Source: Nanobdellota archaeon
GTDB taxonomy: Archaea > Nanobdellota > Nanobdellia > Pacearchaeales > GW2011-AR1
Reading direction: 5' to 3'
Length of the DNA: 64,000 bases
Assembly: GCA_038046005.1 (NCBI GenBank)
Contig: JBBSXB010000001.1
Span: 52,769 to 116,768, forward strand
Position 1 is the stretch's first letter. Each line of letters begins with the position of its first letter. The notes under the pieces are model-generated. The model made no database searches and was not told the origin of the DNA. It saw only the letters and a list, made by a program, of their open reading frames with translations. The position numbers and the translations under genes were made by a program. Shown in pieces: positions 45,216 through 55,756 of this stretch.

Positions 45216-46332
45216 AATGAAAATCGGAATTGTGGCAGACGGCCCAAAAATATCGGGAAGCATGAAGTATATATTACAGCTTTATTCTAGAATTAGAAAA
45301 AAAGAAAAAACTTCACTTTTACATTTGGCATATGAGGGCAGATTAGATTTAAAAGGCTTAGACGTTGAAGAATTAAAACCTATAAAACTACCTTTTTTTA
45401 GTTATTTTTTTAACTTTGGAATTTATTATCCGATAAAAACTTGCTTTAAGTCACTGTCAAATTCTTTTGATATTATTCACTTTTCAAGGCACTATCCATT
45501 TTTTATCCTTTGGCATAAAATTCTAACAAAAAAAAAGATAGTTATTACATCGCATGATCTTTGGAAGTTAAACCATAGATATTTATTATTTTTAACAAAA
45601 ATTCTTAAAAGAGTGGACAAAATAATTACTGTCTCCAATGCAACAAAAAAAGAGCTGGTAGATTTGGGGCTAAATGAAGAAAATATTGAAGTAATTTATC
45701 ATGGGGTTGATAAAACAATTTTTAAGCCAATAGGTAGAGATAAAGCATTTAATCTTTTAACTAAAACAAAACTTCATGACAAGGTAAAAATTTTAAAAAA
45801 TGCAAGTAAAATATTTTTAAGTGTGAGTAATGATACTGAAAGAAAAAATACATCTAGGGTGTACGAAGCATTTTCAAAATACCTCAAGAAGGATGATAAA
45901 GCATTACTAGTAAGAGTGGTCTCGGCCACTAACAAGAAAATTATAGAATCTCAGACTAAAAGATTCAGCAGTAATGTATTATTTTTGCAGGGATTGTCTG
46001 AGGAAGAAATTAGTTTGATGTACAATATTTCGGATTTGTTCGTTTTTCCATCAATTTGTGAAGGGTTCGGTATGCCTTTACTGGAAAGTATAAGCTGTGG
46101 AACCCCTTGTGTTACATCAAACTTCCAGCCGATGACCGAAGTTGTCGGTGAATCTGGGATTTTAGTGGATCCTTACGATGTTGATTCCATTTATCAAGGT
46201 CTAATTTTGTGCCTAAAGAACAGAGATGTTCTTTCAAAAAAATCTTTAAAAAGGGCAGAACTATTTTCATTAGATAAAACTTTTCTTAAAACGTACGAGG
46301 TTTACAAAGATTTACAACAGGCCACAAAATAA
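45208..46332 (+). CDS. Glycosyltransferase family 1/4
   Basis: 374 aa. FVFPSICEGFGMPLLESISCGTPCV E-x7-E region. Confidence 0.75.
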   Translation: MIKMKIGIVADGPKISGSMKYILQLYSRIRKKEKTSLLHLAYEGRLDLKGLDVEELKPIKLPFFSYFFNFGIYYPIKTCFKSLSNSFDIIHFSRHYPFFILWHKILTKKKIVITSHDLWKLNHRYLLFLTKILKRVDKIITVSNATKKELVDLGLNEENIEVIYHGVDKTIFKPIGRDKAFNLLTKTKLHDKVKILKNASKIFLSVSNDTERKNTSRVYEAFSKYLKKDDKALLVRVVSATNKKIIESQTKRFSSNVLFLQGLSEEEISLMYNISDLFVFPSICEGFGMPLLESISCGTPCVTSNFQPMTEVVGESGILVDPYDVDSIYQGLILCLKNRDVLSKKSLKRAELFSLDKTFLKTYEVYKDLQQATK

Positions 46333-46333
46333 A

Positions 46334-47389
46334 ATGAAAATTCTTATGATTGCTACATATTACTTGCCCCGAGTTGGGGGTGGAGAGGATACTATAAAAA
46401 ATTATTGCAGGATTTTTAAGAAAAAAGGGCATTATGTAGAGGTAATAACAAAAAAATATGATATGTCGCTTAAAGACACTGAAATAATTGAAGGTGTCAA
46501 GATTCATAGAGTCCCTTACCACAGAAGTAACAAGCTAGGATTGGTTAAATTTTGGAGATGGATGTGGAAAAATAGAGCGAAGTTTAAGGATTTTGATGTA
46601 GTCATGTACAATGATTTTTCAACTTTTTATTGGTATTTACCACTTAAATTTTATTTTAAAAAACCAGATGTTATTTTGTACTACGGGTATGAGGGTTTTC
46701 CGATAAAAATAAAACACAAAATATTAAGAAGAATTGCAAAAGAGTTTACAAAGAAAAGCATTAATGGAGGAAGATATCTTGATAAGTATTACGGATTTAA
46801 AACTGATGATTATATTTATGAAGGTGTAGGGGATATAGAAAAAGTTCCAGTTAGTAAGAAAAAAAATAAGGCGGTTTTTATAGGCGGTCTTAGAAAAGAC
46901 ACATCTATATTGGAATATTTGAAATTCTTGAAGATTTTGAAGCAAAATCATGGCATTAACCTTGGCTTAGATGTCTATGGTGGAGGAGATTTGGATAAAC
47001 TGGCAAAAACATATGCCAAAAATAATAAATTAAATGTTATTTTTCATGGAGTTGTTCCAAATGCAAAGAGGTTCATTCCAATGTATAAATACGGATTTGC
47101 AACTCAATGGGGTTCAATAATGGACTGCATGAGGTCTAGAACATTGATCTTTGCGCTTTGTAAACTTCCAATTACATTAGACTATGACAGAGAGATTCTT
47201 GATGAAGGGCGATATGGAATAATCAGTACAGATCCTGGGGAAATGGTTGATAAGTTTATTAAGTGTTACAAAAATGAAAAACTGTTTAAAGACATAACAG
47301 CTCAAGCTTATGACCACTCAAAAACAAGAACATGGAATAAAATAGCTGGAAAGATACTAACCATATTGGAGCAAGCCATCAAGAGTTAA
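46334..47389 (+). CDS. Glycosyltransferase-like protein (GT4 N-domain, divergent C-domain)
   Basis: 351 aa. N-terminal MKILMIATYYLPRVGGGEDTIKNY resembles the Glyco_trans_4 N-terminus. Confidence 0.45.
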   Translation: MKILMIATYYLPRVGGGEDTIKNYCRIFKKKGHYVEVITKKYDMSLKDTEIIEGVKIHRVPYHRSNKLGLVKFWRWMWKNRAKFKDFDVVMYNDFSTFYWYLPLKFYFKKPDVILYYGYEGFPIKIKHKILRRIAKEFTKKSINGGRYLDKYYGFKTDDYIYEGVGDIEKVPVSKKKNKAVFIGGLRKDTSILEYLKFLKILKQNHGINLGLDVYGGGDLDKLAKTYAKNNKLNVIFHGVVPNAKRFIPMYKYGFATQWGSIMDCMRSRTLIFALCKLPITLDYDREILDEGRYGIISTDPGEMVDKFIKCYKNEKLFKDITAQAYDHSKTRTWNKIAGKILTILEQAIKS

Positions 47390-47420
47390 TTTAAAACATT
47401 TTTAAGCGTTAAGATTTTAA

Positions 47421-48527
47421 TCAATCAGTTTTGTTAAAAAAATCATCCAAACAACCACACACTCTTTTCTGATCATCCAGAGTTAACTCACCATGAAGAG
47501 GTAGAGAAAGAAGATTGTTGAATAGTAAGCTAGAATTTGTTAGCCCCCCCATATTTTTCAGATTTGCAAACGCTGGTTGAGTATGAAGCGCAAACGTTCC
47601 TATTTGGGATTCTATACCCTCACTGTGCAGATAGGAAATCACAGAGTCTCGTATTCCGTTTTCTTTTAGGAGCACAGTATAGGATTGAAAATTATGTTTA
47701 TTCCCTTCTGAAACATATGGTATTGTAAGGTAGCCTTTTTCCTTTAAAAGTTGGTTATATGAAAACGCTTTTTCTATTCTTCCGGTCACAATTTTTTCTA
47801 ATTTTTTTAATTGTTCCAAACCTATTGCTCCAAGGATGTTGCTAAACTTATAATTTGATCCCAAGGTTACAAATCGACCTTCTTCCATCCCAAAATGTTT
47901 GAAAGAATGCATTTTATTGTAAAGAATCAAATTGTCGGTGGTTATCATCCCCCCTTCACCAGTAGTAATTACCTTCCTGGGATGAAGACTAAAACAGGTA
48001 AGATCAGCAAGCGAACCCACCTTACACCCATCCAATTCTGACCCAAGGCTACATGCAGCATCTTCAATCAAAGGGATCCCAGCATTTTTTGCAAAGTCAT
48101 AGATTTCTTTGTCTAAAGGATTTCCCCCCCATGATACTGGCATAATTGCTTTTATTTTTGGAGTAATAGCTTCCTTTATTGCTTCGAGGGTTACGTTTCG
48201 TGATTTGACATCAACGTCAACAAGAATTGAATCGGCTCCAACAAGCATTACAGCTTCTGCTGTTGCAGGGTAGGTAAAATCTGGCATTACTACTTCATCT
48301 CCAGGGCCAATATTAAGAACTCTTAATGCTAGTTCAAGAGCAATGGTACAATTTGGAACCGCCACAGCATATTTTGCACCGACACTTTTTGCAAATTCTT
48401 CTTCAAATTTTTTAGTCACAACACCTTCAGTCAAAAATTTAGAGTCAAAAACTGCCTTTACTGCATTCAACTCTTCATCCCCCATTGTGGGTCTTGATAA
48501 GTGTATGTATTTTTGATTCTGTCCCAT
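47421..48527 (-). CDS. DegT/DnrJ/EryC1/StrS-family PLP-dependent sugar aminotransferase
   Basis: 368 aa. Characteristic family sequence, including the SxHxxK-like Lys region. Confidence 0.85.
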   Translation of the reverse strand: MGQNQKYIHLSRPTMGDEELNAVKAVFDSKFLTEGVVTKKFEEEFAKSVGAKYAVAVPNCTIALELALRVLNIGPGDEVVMPDFTYPATAEAVMLVGADSILVDVDVKSRNVTLEAIKEAITPKIKAIMPVSWGGNPLDKEIYDFAKNAGIPLIEDAACSLGSELDGCKVGSLADLTCFSLHPRKVITTGEGGMITTDNLILYNKMHSFKHFGMEEGRFVTLGSNYKFSNILGAIGLEQLKKLEKIVTGRIEKAFSYNQLLKEKGYLTIPYVSEGNKHNFQSYTVLLKENGIRDSVISYLHSEGIESQIGTFALHTQPAFANLKNMGGLTNSSLLFNNLLSLPLHGELTLDDQKRVCGCLDDFFNKTD

Positions 48528-48589
48528 TGGTTCTTTAAAAGACTACTATTTAAAAGGATATCTGTTTTGAGGACACAAATGTTTAAAAT

Positions 48590-49366
48590 ATGTATAATCT
48601 ACAAAAAATAATGAAGAATAACCCTTCAAATCTCAAGCAGGTATGGGAAGAATATTACGAAGAGGAAAGTGACACTGCAATAAAAGATAAGCCTTTTTTC
48701 TTGCTGGAAACAGAAACGATAGAAAAAGAAGTTGGAAAAATTGCAGAGAATAAAAAAAAGTTGAGTATCTTGGAGTTAGGATGTGGAACTGGCTTTTTAG
48801 CAAAAAGATTGATAAAAACTGTCTTCAAAAATCAAGAGTACACTTACACTGGAGTAGACATATCAAATAAGGCAATTGATAAAGCAAAAAAAAGAAAAAT
48901 ACCCAAGACTTTTTTCATGGAAGCTGATTTTTTTAATTTTTTTGAGAAAAGCACAAAAAAATATGATTTAATAATCTCCCAGAGATCCATAATGGCATTA
49001 TTAAAAAAGGAAGAGCAACTAAAACTTTTAGGTTTAATTAACTCTAGGCTGACAGATAAGGGCATCGGACTGTTTACAGAGTGTCTACATGAAGCTTCTG
49101 AAGAAATAAATGATTATCGAAAACAATTAGGGATTGAGCCATTTAAAAAAGTTTGGCACAGTAGATACCTGAGAATTGACGAAATAAAACAAATTTTTGA
49201 AAAATACAAGATTGTTGACTTTTGCTCTACTTACTGGCTAATAACAAGAATTATCTACCCTTATTTTAAAGAACCAAAACATAACACCCGTTTGTCTAAA
49301 GTTGTAGCAGAGTTCCCAGAGTCGGGAAAATATGGGCTGGTTAAACTAATAATTGTTCAAAAATGA
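48590..49366 (+). CDS. Class I SAM-dependent methyltransferase
   Basis: 258 aa. LELGCGTGFLAKRL motif I. Confidence 0.7.
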   Translation: MYNLQKIMKNNPSNLKQVWEEYYEEESDTAIKDKPFFLLETETIEKEVGKIAENKKKLSILELGCGTGFLAKRLIKTVFKNQEYTYTGVDISNKAIDKAKKRKIPKTFFMEADFFNFFEKSTKKYDLIISQRSIMALLKKEEQLKLLGLINSRLTDKGIGLFTECLHEASEEINDYRKQLGIEPFKKVWHSRYLRIDEIKQIFEKYKIVDFCSTYWLITRIIYPYFKEPKHNTRLSKVVAEFPESGKYGLVKLIIVQK

Positions 49367-50244
49367 AATCTATTTTGATAACTGGCGGAAGCGGTTTAGT
49401 TGGAAGTAATGTTGCTAAATTTTTTAATAATAAAGGTTATAAAATTTTTACGGTTGATTTGAAAGAAAGTTCATTTAACAACCATATTGTGTGTGACTTG
49501 AGCAAAAAAGAAAATTTAGTAAAGCTGCCAGAGAAAGTTGATTATGTTTTTCATTTTGCGGCGCATGTGGATGAGAAAGATGAAAATAAGGAGTATTTAC
49601 TAAGAAATAACGTACTTTCTACATTAAATGTATTAGAATATGCTCTTAAAAATAAGGTTGAAAAAGTTGTTTATTCCTCAAGCAGTGCAGTCTATGGAAA
49701 GACTGAAGAGTACCCAATAAAAGAAGATTTCTCAAAAAAGCCCCAGTCAATTTACGGAATATCAAAATATTTTGGAGAAGAACTTTGTAATCTCTATCGG
49801 AAAAGAGGGTTGCAAATAATATCATTCAGATTAGGTTATGTTTTGGCTCCAGTAATCCCAGAAAGGTATTTTATTTACAGAATTATGAAAAAACTAAACA
49901 ATAATGAGTGTATCACAATCACAAATGGAGTCAAGAATAGCATGTCATTTGTTGATGTGGAAGACATAGGGGCTTTTTGTGAGGAAGGGTTGAATAAAGA
50001 CCTAACTGGGAATTTTAATCTGACAGGCCAAAGAGAAGTGAATTCAAAAGAGGTCATAGATCTTCTAGTTAAAATGTTTAAAGAATATTCTGGAGAAATT
50101 AAAGAGGAAGAAAATAATTCAATCATGAGAAATTGTTTTTCCAATGAGAGACTTTACTCGACGTTTAATCAGAGGTATAGGCTCGGTATTGAGGATTCTT
50201 TAAACAGAATAGTCGCTAGTTTTAAAGACGGTCTAACGGAGTAA
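49363..50244 (+). CDS. NAD-dependent epimerase/dehydratase family protein
   Basis: 293 aa. ITGGSGLVGSNV and YGISKYFGE (YxxxK). Confidence 0.75.
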   Translation: MKSILITGGSGLVGSNVAKFFNNKGYKIFTVDLKESSFNNHIVCDLSKKENLVKLPEKVDYVFHFAAHVDEKDENKEYLLRNNVLSTLNVLEYALKNKVEKVVYSSSSAVYGKTEEYPIKEDFSKKPQSIYGISKYFGEELCNLYRKRGLQIISFRLGYVLAPVIPERYFIYRIMKKLNNNECITITNGVKNSMSFVDVEDIGAFCEEGLNKDLTGNFNLTGQREVNSKEVIDLLVKMFKEYSGEIKEEENNSIMRNCFSNERLYSTFNQRYRLGIEDSLNRIVASFKDGLTE

Positions 50245-51277
50245 ATCTTGCTTTTAAAGGAACCATATATTTCATGAATATAACTTCTGCAGGAGTTTTC
50301 ATCTTTGTATAGAGTTTGTCTGTAAGTGAAAAATGGGTGACTCTGTTCCCAAACTTAACACTACTTGCATTTGCTACAGTGATCAAAAGAACATCTGAAG
50401 AAGAGCCTTCGATATTTGAGATTACAGTTTTTGGATCTTGTGTTAATAAGATTTTGAATTGATAGTCTCTTGTGGACAGAACATCTTCCCTCGAAGAAGC
50501 ATCTTGTCTTGTGTCAATAGTATAACCACTGTATTTATTAAGATCACGACCAAATTCTCCTAAAAAGTTGGACATCAAGTTTAATTTTTCTTGTATATCC
50601 AGATTTTTATAAGAAGAAAAACCTTCAACCACTTTTGCAGGATTACCTCTAGCAAGCGAGTTTGGGAGGACATCTTTTGTCACATTACTCTGGAAAAGAA
50701 CAATTGCCCTATCTCCGATGGTTACTCCAGGAGAAACATAAACCGAACCTGTAAGCCAAACATCATTTCCTATAGTGACGGGCGCAATAGAATTAACAAC
50801 GCATCCTTCCAATAGTTCTCCATGGTATCCATGAGAGTATATCTCTGAGCGAGCCCCAATACCAACATTATTACCAATTGTTAACCCTCCAGATGAATTA
50901 AGAATAGCATCGCTACCTACCCAGAAATTATGGCCTATTGAAAGAGGTAAGTGACCTTGAAATCTAACTCCGTCCTGGACTGTCGCATAATCACCAATAG
51001 ATAATTTAGGAAGGTAAATCTTACAATTTTCCCACACATCACAAAAATCCCCAAGACTCAATGATTCAAGGTTAATTTTTCTAGAAGAAACAACATTAAC
51101 TCCTCTCCTGATTCTGGTCCCATCACCAACATAAATTTTCTCTCCAGCTAGTGAAACTCCATCTTCAATTATGACATCTTTTCCAATGTATAAATTGGCT
51201 GCTTCAATGTAAGCTCGCTTAGACACTTTTGCAGAATTATCAACGTATGAATTCGTTGCCTTTATATTTTGGGGCAT
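50222..51277 (-). CDS. Left-handed beta-helix (hexapeptide-repeat) acyl/acetyltransferase with ~120-aa C-terminal extension of unknown function
   Basis: 351 aa. Many [LIV]-G-x4 hexapeptide repeats in residues about 20-230. C-terminus has no recognisable motif. Confidence 0.6.
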   Translation of the reverse strand: MPQNIKATNSYVDNSAKVSKRAYIEAANLYIGKDVIIEDGVSLAGEKIYVGDGTRIRRGVNVVSSRKINLESLSLGDFCDVWENCKIYLPKLSIGDYATVQDGVRFQGHLPLSIGHNFWVGSDAILNSSGGLTIGNNVGIGARSEIYSHGYHGELLEGCVVNSIAPVTIGNDVWLTGSVYVSPGVTIGDRAIVLFQSNVTKDVLPNSLARGNPAKVVEGFSSYKNLDIQEKLNLMSNFLGEFGRDLNKYSGYTIDTRQDASSREDVLSTRDYQFKILLTQDPKTVISNIEGSSSDVLLITVANASSVKFGNRVTHFSLTDKLYTKMKTPAEVIFMKYMVPLKARFTPLDRL

Positions 51278-51331
51278 AGATTAAAAGGAGTAACGGCATT
51301 TAAAAAATTATGTGTTTTTAAAAATGGTTAA

Positions 51332-52330
51332 TTAAGAATTTTTCGATTCATCTCTCCATTGAATTAATTTTGTTAAACCATAAGGTAAACTGTATACTGG
51401 TTTGAACCCCAACATTTCTTCAGTTTTTTTAGTACTACCAATCCTGTTTTTCACAAGAAGTCTTGCGTCACCTTCACTATAGGGGTTAAATTTAACAGTC
51501 AAATCTGAATTCTTCAATTTAAGTATTAGGTTGCATAATTCTCTAATTGTTGTTTGAACACCCGTACCAACATTAAAAAATTCATCGGATAAAGGTGATT
51601 TAAGCGCAACAATATTGTACCTGGCAACATCTTCAACATAAACAAAATCGTAAGCCTGGGTGCCATCTCCATTTATAATTGGTTGTTCATTTGCATCTAT
51701 TTTGTTAAGCATTATAGGCACAACTCCAGAATAAACCGAGTCTTGATTTTGTCCTGGGCCATAAACATTCATGTACCTTAACCCAACATAATCTAAACCA
51801 AACCTATCATGAAAAGCTCTGCACATTGCTTCACCAGAAATTTTAGTAGCCCCATAAAAATTCCTATTGTTGAAAGGATGATTTTCACTCATTGGAATTT
51901 CAACTGCATCACCATAAACAGAAGCGGAAGAAGAGTAAATAAGTTTACTTATCTTATTTTTTACACAAGATTCAAGAACATTAAACGTTCCTTCTGTATT
52001 TACCTTAAAGGCAGTTCGCGGAAAATCTTTGCAGTGAAGAAGCCACATAGCCGCCAAATGAAAAACATAGTCTACCCCTATCATTGCATCATCGAGGGTG
52101 TCTAGATCATTTATGTTGCCACCATTAGGGTATATAACGCAACGTGAATCCAACAATAATTTTTCTAGATTTTCCATTTTGCCTCTAGAAAAATTATCAT
52201 AGACTACTACTTTGCCAACATTCTCTTTAAGAAGTTCAGAAACAACATGTGAACCAATGAAACCAGCACCACCAGTGACCAAGATTTTTGCCCCATTCAG
52301 ATTGTTTTCCATTTTAGTGAGATTAAACAC
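51332..52330 (-). CDS. UDP-sugar 4-epimerase-like NAD-dependent epimerase (GalE/WbpP family)
   Basis: 332 aa. VTGGAGFIGSHV and YGATKISGE (YxxxK). The alternative start at Met7 (52312) is also plausible. Confidence 0.8.
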   Translation of the reverse strand: MFNLTKMENNLNGAKILVTGGAGFIGSHVVSELLKENVGKVVVYDNFSRGKMENLEKLLLDSRCVIYPNGGNINDLDTLDDAMIGVDYVFHLAAMWLLHCKDFPRTAFKVNTEGTFNVLESCVKNKISKLIYSSSASVYGDAVEIPMSENHPFNNRNFYGATKISGEAMCRAFHDRFGLDYVGLRYMNVYGPGQNQDSVYSGVVPIMLNKIDANEQPIINGDGTQAYDFVYVEDVARYNIVALKSPLSDEFFNVGTGVQTTIRELCNLILKLKNSDLTVKFNPYSEGDARLLVKNRIGSTKKTEEMLGFKPVYSLPYGLTKLIQWRDESKNS

Positions 52331-52388
52331 TTTGCCTAGTAAAAAAAGAATGTTTAAAAGATTTTCGGTATAAAAACGAATGTATTAG

Positions 52389-54278
52389 CTAAATGTTAGT
52401 TGTAGAAACATTCATCTCTTTATACACTCCATTATCAATATAAAGATTATGCCAAACTTCAAAACAGAGCATGTTCCAAATGAGGTTGTATTTTCTTGTT
52501 AATTTTGGAGAAGGTGGAGAAGAAAGTATTTTTTTTATGTAATCTTGATTGATCATTCCCTTTTTAACTAAAACTCCATCAATCAATTTTTGTTGTGCTA
52601 AATCCCTCACTTCACTTATATAAGTTTCAAAATTAGTTGGACCAAAACCTTGTTTAGGTCGATTGATGGAATTTAACCCGATTTTTTCCCGCATAACTTT
52701 TTTTAGAAGATATTTTCCCACACCTCCATTGATTTTTAATGAATGGGGAATCGAAAAAGCAAAATTTATTAAAGTTTTGTTTAAAAAAGGTACTCTGGAT
52801 TCTAGAGAATTAGCCATAGATGTAACATCGTCAACGAATAGGAAATCATCAACCATCTTGACCTTAAAGTCTGCTTTTAACATTTGAGTTAAAACATCAT
52901 TATTGCCCTTGAAAAATTGCTGGTATTTTGATGTTAAATTACTCCATGTAAAATTTTTAAGGGTTTTTCCATATATATCTGAGTATTCTTCTGGAAAGAT
53001 TTTGTCTAGCGACTTTGAAAGCAAGTAGAAATCCGCCTTTTTATTTTGTTTGAGTAGAGAAGACAAAACTTGGCCCAATTCTGCAAAAGAAAGATCATCG
53101 GAACTATTTTTTATTTTGGAAATAAGCAGATCAAATTGCTCTTTAGAAAGAATAACCTTTTGGTCGTTGTTCAAAGCATATAAATACTTGTGATAGTATC
53201 CTGCAAAAAGTTCGTCAGAACCAAGTCCACTCAATACAACTTTAACATGCTTAGATGCTTCCTTTGCAATATAATAAGGATATAAGTTTCTTTTAGGAGT
53301 ATCAGCATACCAAATAAGCTTAGGAAGTTCTTCCAAAAAATTGTCTGAGATTATTATGTTTCGATGATCCACATTTAACTTTGACGCCATTTCTTGTGCA
53401 TGCTTAAATTCATCATTATCTTCGTTGAAACCCATACAAAAAGTTTTTATTTTGTGGGATGAAAATTTAGAAGCATAATAAGTTATTGTACTACTATCTA
53501 TCCCACCAGAAAGGTAGACACCAATTGGTACGTCACTTATTAAATGGGATCTTACTGATTCTTCTAAAAGTTTGGACATATTTTTTTCATAATAAGAAAA
53601 ATCGTAGTTTGTTTCCTTAACTTTTAAATCCCAATATTTAACTATTTTTACCCCATTCTCGGAAATTTTTATAAAGTGGCCCGGAAGTAATTTTTTTATT
53701 CCTTTAAAAAGTGTTCCCTCGAAGGGGATAAATCTGAAGTTCAAAAATTCGTGTGCCGCATTAAGGTCCACTTCCCTTTTTATTTCATCATTTTGTAATA
53801 TTGCTTTAATTTCTGAAGCAAAAAATAACTTGTTATTTTGCAGGATATAGAACAGAGGTTTGATCCCAACAGGATCTCTTACTAGGTATAAATTTTTTTT
53901 GCTGGTGTCCCATAATGCAATAGCAAACATTCCTTCAAAAAGATCAAAGCAGTTCTCCCCATATTGCTCATAAGCATGCACTATTGTTTCCGTATCGGAA
54001 TGAGTTTTGAAAATATGGCCTTTCTTTTCCAATTCCCATTTTAATTTCAAAAAATTATAAATTTCTCCATTATACACTACCCAGATTGTACCATTCTCAT
54101 TAGAGATGGGTTGTTTTCCATTAGAAAGATCGATAATACTCAATCTTCTGTTACCCAGTCCAACAATTTTATCAGAATAATATCCGTAATCATCTGGCCC
54201 CCTGTGAACTAGGGAGTTGGTCATTTTTTTAAGAAGAGGCATATCTTCTGTCCCATAAAAACCAGCAATTCCGCACAT
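52389..54278 (-). CDS. asnB: Asparagine synthase (glutamine-hydrolysing) family amidotransferase
   Basis: 629 aa. N-terminal MCGIAGF Ntn-Cys and SGGIDSS PP-loop motif. Confidence 0.85.
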   Translation of the reverse strand: MCGIAGFYGTEDMPLLKKMTNSLVHRGPDDYGYYSDKIVGLGNRRLSIIDLSNGKQPISNENGTIWVVYNGEIYNFLKLKWELEKKGHIFKTHSDTETIVHAYEQYGENCFDLFEGMFAIALWDTSKKNLYLVRDPVGIKPLFYILQNNKLFFASEIKAILQNDEIKREVDLNAAHEFLNFRFIPFEGTLFKGIKKLLPGHFIKISENGVKIVKYWDLKVKETNYDFSYYEKNMSKLLEESVRSHLISDVPIGVYLSGGIDSSTITYYASKFSSHKIKTFCMGFNEDNDEFKHAQEMASKLNVDHRNIIISDNFLEELPKLIWYADTPKRNLYPYYIAKEASKHVKVVLSGLGSDELFAGYYHKYLYALNNDQKVILSKEQFDLLISKIKNSSDDLSFAELGQVLSSLLKQNKKADFYLLSKSLDKIFPEEYSDIYGKTLKNFTWSNLTSKYQQFFKGNNDVLTQMLKADFKVKMVDDFLFVDDVTSMANSLESRVPFLNKTLINFAFSIPHSLKINGGVGKYLLKKVMREKIGLNSINRPKQGFGPTNFETYISEVRDLAQQKLIDGVLVKKGMINQDYIKKILSSPPSPKLTRKYNLIWNMLCFEVWHNLYIDNGVYKEMNVSTTNI

Positions 54279-54329
54279 TGAAATGAGAATCCTAAAGGCT
54301 TTTTAAAGTATGTTATTACTAAACGCCAC

Positions 54330-55691
54330 CTAATTAAAAGGCAGCTGATATTTTTTAAACCGCGACCATAGAACTAACATTCCCAAATAAAAAAGATTGC
54401 TGATTACTGTAGAGACAGTAACTCCATACACTTTGGCTAGGCTTCCAGAAGAAGCTAAAAGAAAAATAGCTGCTATGTTTAGTAAGATATTTAAGATTAT
54501 TGAAAAGACTAGTGAAAAAATAACTTTTCGCAGTTTTCCCTGTGAAATGTAAAGAGAAGAATAAAGTGAGATTATCGGGGATATCAACAGCACGACAGAG
54601 AATATTCTAAGAATGTTTGCTGATGAAATGTATTCTTCGCCAAAAATGATTTTTACTAAAAGAGGAGAAAAAACTAAAGTGAATAAAAATGCGAATATTC
54701 CAAGCAAAATGGTAATATTACGAGCTTTTTGAAACCCTTTATATAATCTTTTGCCTTTCAATTTTATAAATAGGGGAAAAAGAACACTTGAGAATGTTAA
54801 CAGAGGGATAGCAGAAGTAATCAAACTCAAAGCTGCCCTGTAGTAGGCAATAAATTCTGCGTCAACGAATCTCCCGAGAATTATTATGTCTATATAACCA
54901 AACAAAAGCCCAGAGAGAGTTAAAGCAGATAAAGATATGATAAATTTGTTAACAATACTCTTTTCATTTTTTTTCAATCCATCATTTCTTTTTTTTAGAA
55001 AGTTAATTTCTTTTTTGGCACTAAAAAAAATATACAAAAACACAGTCAAATAGGAAAAAGAAAGTCCAAGGATTACTGAGGCTATCAAAATATCCGAAGA
55101 AAGACGTGATATAAAAAGTAGTATTAGTAATGGCACTATGATAAGACGTAAAACTTGAAAAATAATTTCTTGGAAAAGACCTTTTTTAAAATTGTTTAAA
55201 GCCGGAAAAAGGCTTGCAAAAAGAGAATTCAGAGAATTAAAAGCGATATAAAAGCTTCCAGCAATTAAAGCATAAAATATGGGTTTTTCATAGTAATAAT
55301 TTGCTATAAAATATGATAATAAGATCATAATGAGGATTAATGAGGAGGTTAGAATAACTTTAGTTTTTAATAAGTAAGAAAAATATGCTTTAGACTTTTT
55401 TTCAGCCCTTGATGAAACGACGAATTTTATTAAAGTTTGCCCAATACCGAGATCAGAAAATAATGCAAAAAGAGATATTGTTGAAAGTGCTAAAGAATAC
55501 AACCCAAAAAGTTCAGGCATTAACAATCTTGCAGTAATTATCGTAAATATCAGAGAGCCTATTTTAGAAACTAAAATTGTTGCGGTGGTCCAGCCTGAAT
55601 TTTTAATTGCCTGGCCGGTATTGCCAGAAAAATTTCGCTTCTTTATCCTTATCAACACATCTTGCAAAAAAAAAGGTGTTTTTTTTAACAT
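54330..55691 (-). CDS. Polysaccharide/oligosaccharide flippase (MOP superfamily, Wzx-like)
   Basis: 453 aa, about 12-14 TM, no soluble domains. Confidence 0.6.
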   Translation of the reverse strand: MLKKTPFFLQDVLIRIKKRNFSGNTGQAIKNSGWTTATILVSKIGSLIFTIITARLLMPELFGLYSLALSTISLFALFSDLGIGQTLIKFVVSSRAEKKSKAYFSYLLKTKVILTSSLILIMILLSYFIANYYYEKPIFYALIAGSFYIAFNSLNSLFASLFPALNNFKKGLFQEIIFQVLRLIIVPLLILLFISRLSSDILIASVILGLSFSYLTVFLYIFFSAKKEINFLKKRNDGLKKNEKSIVNKFIISLSALTLSGLLFGYIDIIILGRFVDAEFIAYYRAALSLITSAIPLLTFSSVLFPLFIKLKGKRLYKGFQKARNITILLGIFAFLFTLVFSPLLVKIIFGEEYISSANILRIFSVVLLISPIISLYSSLYISQGKLRKVIFSLVFSIILNILLNIAAIFLLASSGSLAKVYGVTVSTVISNLFYLGMLVLWSRFKKYQLPFN

Positions 55692-55756
55692 AATTTAAAC
55701 AAAAGCTTAACACTTTAAAAAATGATCTTATTATAAATAATGTTTTTTTCTATATT

